Source of the DNA: Octopus vulgaris
Taxonomy: Eukaryota
Assembly (NCBI GenBank): GCA_951406725.2
Contig: OX597816.1
Coordinates: 113,336,001 to 113,400,000, forward strand
DNA length: 64,000 bases
Direction: 5' to 3'
Both the position numbers and the translations under genes were made by a program. Every line of letters starts with the position of its first letter. Positions within the stretch are counted from its first letter, which is position 1. Positions 38,701 through 50,180 of this stretch are shown one piece after another. Below the pieces are notes generated by a model. It did no database searches, was not told where the DNA came from, and was given only the letters and a program-made list of their open reading frames with translations.

Positions 38701-41700
38701 TTCTGATGGCAGGGAATTTAACTTGAGTTAAACTTTAATATCTTTAAAAAAAAAAAAAAACATCTTCATATTTATATTTTCTTTGTATATACAATACTTA
38801 CATGAAACAAAACAAAGAATACAACACATTTATTTTTACTCTTCGGGTCTGTGATTGCAGTTTATAATGCCATGTCTACAAACTTGATAGTTCTATGCAT
38901 ACAACTACTGACTGTAAAGTTGGATATGACAGCAATGGATGTTGGATTAATAATCAAGAGTATGATGGTCTCAGTTCTACATGGGACTCAACTACTGTGC
39001 CTCTTTCAACAACTCTGAAAACACTGTTCTCTAGATCTTAGTCCTGCATGATACTTATGTTTAGCAAAGAGAGATTCATAAAATGCACTTTCATTTAGTA
39101 AACAACATTATGAACTCATAACAGATCGACTTTTGCTTTTTAACTAAATACACAGACTAAGAAAAAAATTTTTTATGACAGCTAGTTTAAGAAGAGTTGT
39201 TTCCCTTGGATCTGTAAAGGGTGATTAATTAGTATTGATGCTTTTTTAAGGTACTCTCGGCGTTAAATGAACAGTAATCAAATTTCTTACGTTTTGTTTC
39301 TCCAAAGTTTCACCATTTAATTCATAAGGTCTTTTAAATTAATTATGCTACAAGACCTCAGATTTATAAGAAGACCTAACTGCGTTTTGGCACATCAAAT
39401 TCGTGTACTATTTATTTCAACATGCTTTAATGAGTGACACAATATATATAGTCAATTTTAAAAGGTATACGATAAATTAAATGAACTATAGTTTTGGAAT
39501 GTATACACGACTCATCAGTTTAGCAACAAAATTAATTTGGATGTTATGATGTGAATGCAACCAAATTCGTTCGGTGTTTTCTCATTCAACTTTCGTCAAA
39601 CTTCAAGACAGGTCTACACTATCAATACGATAGTGTCATATAGGGAGTTGATTCGGAGAGACAATGCATGCAATTAGCTGATAAAAATTCCTTAATGAAT
39701 TAAAAGCAACGAGCAAAACGACAATAAAATCAGTTCTTAGAAATTTTTAGAAACAAAACTGTGGATCCGATCGTTAAAGCCGAGAGTAGCATACGTTTCA
39801 GGCTTATTAAACCATCTCAGCTAATTAAACTTGTAAACTTTTTTTTTCTTTTTTGAAAATTACCTTTACATAATTTTTTTATCGTTAATTGTTAATATTA
39901 AATATATAAGACTTAAAGTTTTCTTGACCAGCCTCGGTTAAGCAAACCTATGATGAAAGGCATTTTGTCCATAATTATCCCTTCTTTTTCTCAGGAATAT
40001 AGTATCTAGAACTACATTATGTAAAGTATCCTTCCTGCTTATTTAAGACGGAAAACAAGCTGTATGGCCATTCAGCGGACCTGTATGAGTTCAACATAAT
40101 AAATTACACCTATACGTTCAACGACCCGTAGCAAGTACTACTATATGGTCGTTAAGGTAGTAAGATGTGTTATTTGACTGCTCCAACTGAAAACGATAAC
40201 AGCTAAACGTTAAATTAAGAAAAATTAAATCGTGTGAAGACTGTTATTAATGACATGAGTAAATACCAGCTGTTAAAACTATTCTTCGGTTTGTATTTAC
40301 AACAGACTAAGAGAGATATTGTAAAGGACAAACACGATAAAGTTTACTAAGAGAATTTAGTCAATAACAATATGCCCTTCAACAAGAATACAACTAATAT
40401 TCAAAAACAAAAGATAAATAAGGCATAATAATGGAAATAAGAGCATTTATCAACTTCAGTAAATAATTGAGTAATAATAAAATAGTAACAATACCTTTTT
40501 TACATAAATATAGTTTCTACAAAGATATCACATTCGGTTTGAGTAACTACGGTGCTGGTTAAACTAGTTCCTATGTAAAATAGATCCGCAGCAAACTAAA
40601 TACTGTAGTAATAAAATATTTGGATTTACACACGTATGGGCAATATTTTTCGAGAAGCCTGCTGCATATGTAAGCTCATCATCAAGTGGGCCCCACTATT
40701 AAAAATATTCCTTATTATTTTTCAAGGTAATTTTTCGTAAGGCATACCATTCAGAAAATGCTGCGGGTCACAATTTCTCCTTGACTATTGTAGATAATTA
40801 AGTTTATAACAATTCGACAAAAGTACTTTATAGTATTTTTTATATTTTTTTAAAGATGACATTTGTTTTAAATTTTCCCTTTGGCAGAATTCTGCTATAT
40901 AACGCCTCGTAACTTTCTTATTTTTTGGAATTCTCAGAAAATTTTTCTGTGTTTCTGTTCTATACACGGGACTTCATATGATTATGCAAAAACCAAACAA
41001 ACAAACAAAAAAACGATTTTGCGTGTGATTTAAGGGCTGTTTAACTGTTATTTTTAGCACATTTCGCAACCACCTGATACACTCTTAGTTTCTTATTCAC
41101 TCTCACGTATTGATGTTTTTGAATAGCTTTCTCCCCGTAAATACATTTAATGGTCTATCGCTGGGATTTAAGCAAAAATTCGAACTGTCCGTATTTGAAA
41201 CTGATTTTTAAAAAGAATGCGAAAATTTTAAAGTCGGAATACAGAAGAAAAGTTTTCTTTTTCATAGTCGGATGTGTTCCCGTATAAAGAATACAAATAA
41301 CCAAATATATTCTGAAAATTCCAAAAGATAAAAATGTTATGAGAGATTATATGGCGTACTTAAAGCAGAATCCCGCCTCCTCTTTTTATCAAATTAAAAT
41401 TGTCAGCAAAATAAATATTAGAAGTTTGGGGGAGGGTTATCTGAATGAGTTTTGTCCTAGGTGGGGTTTTGTCCGGTTCCCATAAGTTGTGACTTTTTTT
41501 CCTTTGACTTTATTACCAGCCACCATAAATTAATTGTAACTTTTTCCCTGTGACTTTATTAGTGACTTTTTTCCTATGACTTTATTACCTGTCACCTACA
41601 TGAATATGATAGATACATACACACACGCGTGTTTGTCCTCCACAAGCGCTTGACAACCGCTGTTGATTTGTAGCCATATTTCTTTACAAGTCCCATTACT

Positions 41701-43474
41701 GTCAAACTGGAGCACGTGCGTTTGTTTACATTTGAAGAAGGGTACGAGTCGCGTAAGACTGGACCCGGTGCGCGCACACGCATCGAGCATTACCTACTCT
41801 TTCTCTTTCTACTGACAGAATAGAACACATTTCGCTGTCGACTGTAACCAGCGAACAAAGTTTTTGTCATTACACGCCCCATGGTACACGGCTAGACGGC
41901 CACGACAATTGGTGACAGACTGACGTTATTAGCATACATCAAAACAAATTCGGCTGCTATTTCTAACAGCTCGGTGGAAAATATCTCTTGACCGAAGTTG
42001 TACAAGGTCTGTGTTTGCTCCTTGTTTTCAGTTTCTCCAAAGACCCAACTAAACTCTCGTCTTTAACTTCAGCTGAACAGTTCCCAGTCCTACCCTGGTC
42101 GTGCAGACCTGATCAAAGGAGTTTATTTTTAACCAGACGTAAATAACCTTTTACTTCATAGAAATGTAGGGGCTCGCTATTAACTTAGTTTTTGCAGTGT
42201 TGCGCCAATCAGCTCATTTGCATACGCAAGTCGCTGTAGGATCGACTACCTACGACTGGCTAGCGCGGATGCGCGTTTGCGCGCACCGGGTCCAGTCTAC
42301 GCGACTAGTACCCTGTTTCCCTAGTGGATCTGTGCATCGGGTTGTAGTACATTGCCTGTCAGGTGGAAAGTAATTGGTGTGTGTCCATTGAGTCGGTGAC
42401 TTCCTTCCGTTCGTGTTGTGTGAGAATGGAACTGAAAACTATGCATCGTGAAAGTTCATGTCCTGTAATTCTTGTTGATGCGACTGGCATGGACTGTAAT
42501 TGTTTTCAAGAGGTCATGCGATGCTGAAGCAGTAAGTCTTTGAAATCGAGCTCACCAAATGTAATGGATAAGGTAACAGAGACTGCAATTCCGTAGCTCG
42601 GGGGTCAGCAATTGTGACAGAGTTGTGTTCGAATCACGTTTTGGGTAACCAGTTGTATCGTTGTGGTTGATGTATGCTAATAACGTCGGTCTGTCACCAA
42701 TTGTCGTGGCCGTCTAGCAGTGTACTATGGGGCGTGTAATGACAACTTTGTTCGCTGGTTGCAGTCGACAGCGAAATGTGTTCTATTCTGTCAGTAGAAA
42801 AAGAAAGAGTAGGTAATGCTCGATGCTGACAATAGAGAATGTGAAAGTGGCATTGTCACTTCTTCACTTCGGCCGACTGTAGAAAAAGAGATATACCACC
42901 GTGATAGCTATTGTTTTCGTGAGGTGTAATTGTAGACCCGGGAAGGTTGAGTCAAATGGAAAACACATCAATTGACTGAGCAAAGCCATGTGGTGAAAGT
43001 GATTCAAAGAACAATGCAGTTGATTCGTAAGCGGAAATTTACTGATTTAGGTTCGAATTTAATCTATGTCCAAATGAAGTCACTATATATGTATAAGTAG
43101 CTAGAGTTCGTTCTAACCATTTCTCTTATTTCTGTAAAATGCACTTCTGTTTTGAAAATTGCGGATGCAAAATTTCAGAGAAGGGAATGGAAATATTAAT
43201 TGTGTGTGGTAGCAATTTGTTTCTTGTTTTGTTTTTTTATTTGATTCAGACTCTCGATGTTATGATTACAAATTCAAAAACCATTGAAAACAAAAAAAAA
43301 AAGACAAAAAATATTAAACATTTGACAAAATTTTACTTGCATGGGTTATTTCCGTGTGTAGAAGACAATTTTGTAAAGGTATTTTAAAACTCCGAAAATC
43401 ATACATGTTACAAGATCCGAAAGGCGCATGGAGAAAAGAAAGAAATGCAAATTACTAAGATACAAAGAAAGAAA

Positions 43475-43986
43475 TCTATATATATAAAACTGTAGTTGTG
43501 TGAGTGTCTGTCCCCTTCGATTTAGATTCCTAACTACTCCCACATTTTGCAGTGCAGTTTAACCAAATTCGGGTATCTTATAGTCGTGATTCATATCGAG
43601 CCCGTCTGAGTATTAGCGCGCGTCTACGATGAGTCTACGATTTTAAAAATAATTTAACATCATTTTTTATTCCATTTTAATGCATAATTTTTCGTGTGTC
43701 GATGGCGGCGGAGTTGGCGCCATGGTCACACCTGCACCTGTTTGCTTCTCCCCCTTCTTCCCTCCCTCGTGAAGCTGTGGGGAAGGGAGTGTAAGGAAAT
43801 CAACGTCGTAAAGCGTTGTCAAGGAGACCAGCGTTCTTTTAGAACAACGACTTCGTGGCTTGAAGACACCAAAACAGAAATGGCTAAGAAAGCCCGAATT
43901 GGCATCTATAAGGGAAGTAACTCTCTAAAAATGCTTATATAGTTATTTCCCTTACAAACCCGGGCAACGCCGAGCGATACTGCTAG
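43475..43986 (+). mobile_element. Non-autonomous Helitron (about 510 bp) inserted in the Merlin element
   Basis: A|TCTATATATATAAAA...cccgggcaacgccgagcgatactgCTAG|T, no TSD. Confidence 0.9.
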
Positions 43987-44084
43987 TTAATAATAAATAT
44001 AAAGTTATACAGATTCCCATGAATTTGAGGCTAAATTAAACAACAGAACACATTTTATGAACTTCATAAAACACATTTTTGAAA

Positions 44085-44974
44085 TCATACAGGATAATAC
44101 TGTCTAATACATTTTATGAATGTCATAAAAGTATTACTGGTGTTGTAACGTCGCCAACAAAATTCATGCAAATATGTTGAAAACAAATTATCGGACGTTC
44201 CATGCATCCTCCGATAATTTGATTTCACGTTACTCCACATCCTTTCCACGGTGTTTGTGTGGATTGAGGCATCGTTGGGATCCACAAAGGTGACACTGTG
44301 GTTGACAGTGAAATAGTTTGGTAGGCTATTATATGCTCTCCAGGAATCTGTGACAATCTTAGTTCCTGGCAAAACATGGCGGGTAATAATAGGCAACAAT
44401 GTTGCTGCACTTCTGTGTTCCACAGAAACTAAGACACATCTCAGACTTTCCCGTTCAACCATTCCAAAAACCAAATGGCTTTCTCGATAACTACCACGAT
44501 ATTTTCTGTGCATGAACTTGGATTCGTTGATCTCTACAACATCTTCTCCAAGTTGCACAGGGTGGTCAAAACACCACATAGCACAAACATCGCGGAAGTA
44601 ATTGTTCCAGTTGACAATTGCCTCTGGTCCAATTCCAACTTCACTCATCACAACACTGTTTACATTCAGTTTTCGAGGAGACGAGTCAATGGTAGGTGTG
44701 AACCCGAGAAAAACGAGTCCTGCCTAATGCTATGAAATTGCCTGCAAACAGTACACCTCCACATTTTCCCATCGGATACTGTATTGCACGATGCAAGGTG
44801 CATCCGCTCATTACAGCATTCCAACGAATTGTGGATCAATCCAACAGATGCCAGGAATTGGTTTGTTGAATCCGCGTTACTCGTTATGACAAAAATGTCT
44901 CGCTGATTGTGAGATCTTTGAGTTATGTCATCAACGGAAAGGACAGATTCAACAATCCTATATCGTCCAGCCAT
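44085..44974 (-). pseudogene. Merlin/ISXO2-like DDE transposase, split by a frameshift
   Basis: N-terminal Zn-ribbon ORF (CC...WRCTVC...SIRQDSFFSGSHL) plus a 188-aa ORF with VEINESKF, LVFGMVER, IVTDSWRAY, VNHSVTFVDP and HTNTVERMWS. The first catalytic D appears as N. Confidence 0.9.
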
Positions 44975-46645
44975 AGTGGACGATAATGGAAAAGTATATG
45001 ATGTAATTGTCTTAACAGGAATTGAGAAAATGTACAGGAGAGTCTGTTGCCAGATGTGTGTATGTGTGTGTCCTTGTGAGTCTGTGTTTGTGTGTACAGG
45101 CGTGTGTGTGCAAAATTATGTCAGTGCTTGCGTCTGTATGTGTGAGTCGGTGTTTGTGTGTACAGACGTGTGTGTGCAAAACGAAAATAAAATGAAAAAT
45201 TTTAAGTTCCCACTGTCACTGCATCCTGATTCATACTAACAAGATTTGAATTACGAGCCTGTATTTATATAATACATTTCAAAAACAAATAATATAAACG
45301 AAACAGAAAATTAATAAAAACGTATCAATGAATCTGATCATAAAATCGCCAACAAACATAAAAAAAATTAACCGAGAGAAAGAAAAAGTTAGCAGCAGGA
45401 ACAAAATTCTAACACTCACAGACACACAGATACACACACACACACACACACACACACACGAAACGCCAACTTCAAAAGAACTTCCCCGATCCAATCGCGC
45501 TCTCTCTGTTTCGCTTGTACGCTGACTTGAAAAAATACCCCCCCTCCCACATATATAAAAAAAATAAAACTTCTACGGAAAGCGACAGTAACGGGACTTG
45601 TAACGAAAAATGGCCAGACTTAATCCTTCAAGTTGATGCTCCGGCTGTCTGGCAAGAGTTTTGCTTCCCAGCCACATGGTTCCGAGTTCAGTCGCACTCA
45701 GTGACACTTGAACAAGTGTCTTCAGCTATAGCCACGAGCCGACCAAAACCTTGTGAGTGGAATTGGTAGACAGAAACTGAAAGAAGCCCGCCAAATATAC
45801 TCTTTACTCTTTTACTTGTTTCAGTCATTTGATTGCGGCTATGCTGGAGCACCGTCTTTAGTCGAGCAAATCGACCCCAGGACTTATTCTTTGTAAGCCT
45901 AGTACTTATTCTATCAGACTCGTTTGCCGAACCACTAAGTGACGGGGACGTAAATACACCAGCATCGGTTATCAAGCGATGTTGGGAGGACAAACACAGA
46001 CACACAAACACACACACATATACATATATAAGACGGGCTTCTTACAATTTCCGTCTACCAAATCCACTCACAAGGCTTTGGTCGGCCCGAAGCTATATTA
46101 AAAGACACTTGCACAAGGTGCCACGCATTGGGACTGAACCCGGGACCATGTGGTTGGTAAGCAAGCTACTTACCACACAGCCACTCCGTATACGTGTGTC
46201 TGTACTCCACTACAGCTTGACAATCAATATTGGTGTGCTTATGTCCCTGTAACTTAGTGGTTCGGCAAAAGCAGTAATAAAATTACCAGGCTTTAAAAGA
46301 TAAAAACCGGGATCGATTCGATCAACTAAAATTTCTCAAGACAGTGCCCAGCATAGCCACCATCTAATGACCGAAACAAGTAAAAGATATACACACGCAC
46401 AATTTTACAGTTAATTCAATATTGGAAATGCTGTAAGGGAGATAAATGTTGCTTTTCAATTCTTTCCAAATATATTTCTTTAGTCTATATTTAATTTTCT
46501 TGGTTTTGTGGATACTATCTAGAATCATAGTCAAAATTTAATCGATTCCTTTATGTTTTCTTACATTGATCGTTCATCCTGGTAGAAATAGCTGCCAAGT
46601 CTCCCACAAGACGTGTATTCAAGTTCATATAGACCTATATAAAAG

Positions 46646-47824
46646 GGTGGCCGTAATTAAGTCACAGAGAAAAAGTCACAATTAATTTATGGTGGCCGGT
46701 AATAAAGTCACAGAAAAATGTCACAATGCCATCATATGATGGCATTACATGTATATGAAAAAAAATCACGTTTTGTTCATATCTTAAACACAGTAAGGTT
46801 TTCAAACGAAAATAAGTCAGTCATTTATTGACAGTACATGACATGTACTGATTGAAAACAGCTTACATATTATCGTGGCGTGCTTGTGTGTCACTGTGTG
46901 TGTGTGCTTGTGAGTCTGTTTGTATGAATAGGCGTGTGTGTGCAAAACGAAAATAAAATTAAAGATTTTAAGTTCCAAATGTCTCTGCATCCAAGGGCAT
47001 CCTGATTCATACTAACAAGAATTGAATTACGGGCCTGTATTTATATAATACATTTCAAAACAAATAATAAAAACGTATCTATGAATCTGATCATAAAATC
47101 TCAAACTTAAAAAAATAAACCGAGAGAAAGAAAAAGTTAGCAGCAGGAACAAAATTGTAGCACACGCACACACACACACACACACGGAACACCAACTTCA
47201 AAAGAACTTTGCACATGAATAGAATAGCTTAGATCTGCATACTTATGAACTATAACCTGAAAGAGTTCTTCGTAGGTGGCACAAGTCTTGTTTGGAAGAA
47301 GAGTGTACACTGAAGTATTACTGAAAGGGACATAGATGATATAGATTTTTTTTTTTTTTTTTTTTAAATATTTGGAACCAAAATAAAGTTGTCATCCATA
47401 TAGAGAGTATCAGCACCAGCAAGGAGTCTGAGGCCATTGCTGGTACCATACACTAGAATGCGGTTGTTTGCTTTTGGTCCGTTATCACAGAGTAAAGAAC
47501 TCCTCGGGATTAGGACCAACAGTCATAGTATAGTCAGTAGGGAGTTCACCTAAATCTTTTAGCAAACGTGGTACAGGAGTAGACCGCTGGTTCCGCAGAT
47601 TTCGTAACTTATTAATTTACCATCAGTTCTACATATTCCTTTACATAGACTGATCGACGTATTAACCTTAAAGAAGTGCGAACTCGACAGTTAACCTTTC
47701 TGTTAATGAAAGACGCAGAAACAATGCTAAGGTTATCCTGCGGGTTTTTTTTGGGGGGGGGGGTGCGGGAGATTCCTGTTTCTTTTTTTCCTGTGACTTT
47801 TTTTTTTTTTTTTTACCTGGATTC
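46646..47824 (-). mobile_element. MULE/Mutator-like deletion derivative with transposase remnant (47210-47610)
   Basis: Termini with repeated aaagtcacag motifs and an imperfect 9-bp TSD atataaaag/gtataagag. Translation LCDNGPKANNRILVYGTSNGLRLLAGADTLYMDDNF and VYTLLPNKTCATYEELFQVI. A related terminal array lies at 41486-41595. Confidence 0.8.
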
Positions 47825-48139
47825 GTATAAGAGATCCTTGAATATAGTGGGCTACGTCCATTTTATATAGTTTGTTATTTTGTTTGGCAACTAACGACAC
47901 AGGATTAAACAACTATTTCTTTTCTCTTTCTAGTTTTATTACTAATTCGAGGAAAGAGAGTAAAAAGAATTATATATACAAAAGAAACACTTTATTCTTG
48001 TTGTTGCTCCTGAATTTTTTTTTTGTAGATTTTTCATCTTTTTTTTGCATGTTTATATTTTTTGCGTCACTTAACTAAAAAGTAAATAATAATAAATACA
48101 AAAAATATTAGTTAGATGTTCTTGTGTGTCTGTGTGTGT

Positions 48140-48184
<45 letters not shown>

Positions 48185-48904
48185 CGTTCGCACGTACTCT
48201 CTTATACACATATTCTTTTATTTGTTTCAGTCATTTGACAGCGGCCATGCCGGACCACCGCCTTAAAGGGTTTTAGTCGAAGAAATCGACTCCAGGACTT
48301 ATTCTTTGAAAGCCTAGTACTTATTCTATCGGCCTCTTTTGCCGAACCGCTCAGTTGTGGGGTCGTAAATATACTAGCATCGGTTGTCAAGCAATGGCGG
48401 GAGGACAAACGCACACACACACAAATAAATAAAAATACAGTACAGTCGCCACAGCCAGAGATGATGACCAGTCCGAGACCAGCGACACAGAGGAGGTAAC
48501 CGACGACCCTAGTATCACCACCACAGACAATGACCAAACCATTATCGTCGACACCGGTGCCCCACACCATATGTTACCACCGCCGGCAGCATCTACGCCA
48601 ACCATATGATAAGAGATGAAACCCACAGCGATAACAACCGCAGAGATGATCTAGGTAATTTACATAATTTAAAGAAAAATATCTAAAAGAGGCCATTTGA
48701 ATAACATAGACAAATATATGTCAACATGCAACATACATTCTTGACTTGTAAAAATTATTCCTGGCTGTAGAGTATGTGGCATAATTACCAAATGGCAATT
48801 AAGACCAGCGTCACTAAGAAGCTTACTTCCCAACCAAATGGTTCCGGGTTCAGTTCCACTGTGTGGCACCTTGGGGAAGTGTCTTCTACTTATAACCTCA
48901 GGTT

Positions 48905-49510
48905 TGAACCATAATGACATCAACACCGGTGATAACAATATCCCCAGGCCCAAATAGCTACCTCCCTAGATTGTAAATATATCGGATCTTTCAAACGACG
49001 CTTCCGCAACCACCAGTCATCTTTCAGAGTCCCTGAAAGACGTTTTGTCTCTGGCCAGCCATGTGTGGCACCTCTAAGATCAAGAGAACCCATATGATAT
49101 CAGATGGAAGATCATAGAACATCCAGGCCCATATATTAATGGGAGCACACGATACAAAATCTGCATCGCAGAGAGAACCAAAATTCTTACGAACTATGCT
49201 AAGCAGAGCGCGTTAAATAACGGTAAAGAAATTTTCTTAAAATGTGTTCATTTCAAGCGCTACCTGCTGGAAAACTGGATCTCCCGTTTGCTGGTTATGA
49301 GATCGTAAAGATTTTGATTATAGCTTCTAATTATCCTCTAGTCCAAGGGAGATAACTCTCCTCAATAACGTTTTTATAGGTCAGCCATTGGATCTTATCT
49401 TAGCGCTTCCTCACGTCCGCGAGGTGAAAAGTAAAATTTTGTCTTTGTATGGAGTCTGATGAGCTATTCACAAAACCATTGGTCACTCTATGACTAGAAT
49501 TTAACTTTTT
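48905..49510 (+). mobile_element. Penelope-like element remnant (GIY-YIG endonuclease C-terminal part and 3' region)
   Basis: KYIG-SFKRRFRNHQSSF...LASHVWHL...YDIRWKIIE...KICIAERTKIL...LNNGKEIFLKCVHFKRYLLENW, with downstream CTGATGAG at about 49456. The Thr/Asp-rich stretch 48435-48650 may belong to the same element. Confidence 0.75.
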
Positions 49511-49776
49511 GTTTTAACACACACACACACCAGAGTAATCGCATAAATGTGAAACAAGGTGGAAAAAATAGTACTCGAATACCAGAGGTAGAATAATATG
49601 CTTTATTAATAAAGCTGCTAAGATATCATAAAAACTTACTCAGAGTTTCACGTTCCCATTTGTCGGACAGTTTTGGTTGATATACGACGGGCTTCTTTCA
49701 GTATCATTCTACCAAATCTACTTACAAGGCTTTGGTCATCCTGGGGTTATAAATAAAAGGCACTTCCCTAAAGTGC

Positions 49777-50050
49777 CAGTTTCAAGAGATCTCTCTATTT
49801 GAAATTGAGGGGAAAATCATTTGGATCATCAACTGCTAAAAAGTTAACATATCTTCTAGCCAACGAGTGCATCGACACAAGTGTCCAGAAAGGTGGAGTC
49901 CCAAGCTACTTTGGATGCATTGGTACACATCAACGATCAGCTGTCATTACAGAGGCAAGGAGGAACCACAATTCACTCTCCGTTGTATGGCTAGATTGTG
50001 TTAATGCGTCCTCAGGCTCCCTACCAGCTCACTAAAGTGCATTGAAGTAC
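49777..50050 (+). mobile_element. Hero/NeSL-type non-LTR RT fragment
   Basis: QFQEISLFEIEGKI...LTYLLANECIDTSVQKGGVP...EARRNHNSLSVVWLD (RT domain 2-3 region). Confidence 0.7.
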
Positions 50051-50180
50051 GACCAAGTACCAACAGAAGTAAGAAAGAAAAAAATGTGAGTCTAGTTAGG
50101 TATAAACTAAAATTGATACGATTCCTAACTAGACTCAAATTTCTTCTTTCTTTATCATAAAGATAAATATATGTATATAT

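Larger units (their letters stand above)
41672..45615 (-). mobile_element. Merlin (IS1595-related) DNA transposon, decayed and rearranged
   Basis: 32-bp TIR pair 41672-41703 / 45584-45615 (28/32 identical by eye) enclosing the transposase. No matching TSD, so the two ends may come from different copies. Confidence 0.65.

Noticed and set aside
38860-39045. Short open frames on both strands in the unique region
   Set aside because: About 50 codons or fewer, no recognisable homology and no consistent exon chain. Kept only as candidate UTR/promoter sequence.
44085-44651. Bacterial IS1595 contamination or recent horizontal transfer
   Set aside because: The context is eukaryotic (nested Helitron, SINEs, spliced gene), and eukaryotic Merlin elements carry this transposase family.
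41664-45623. 8-bp TSD for the Merlin element
   Set aside because: The flanks tgatttgt and agacttaa match at only 4 of 8 positions, so no TSD is claimed.
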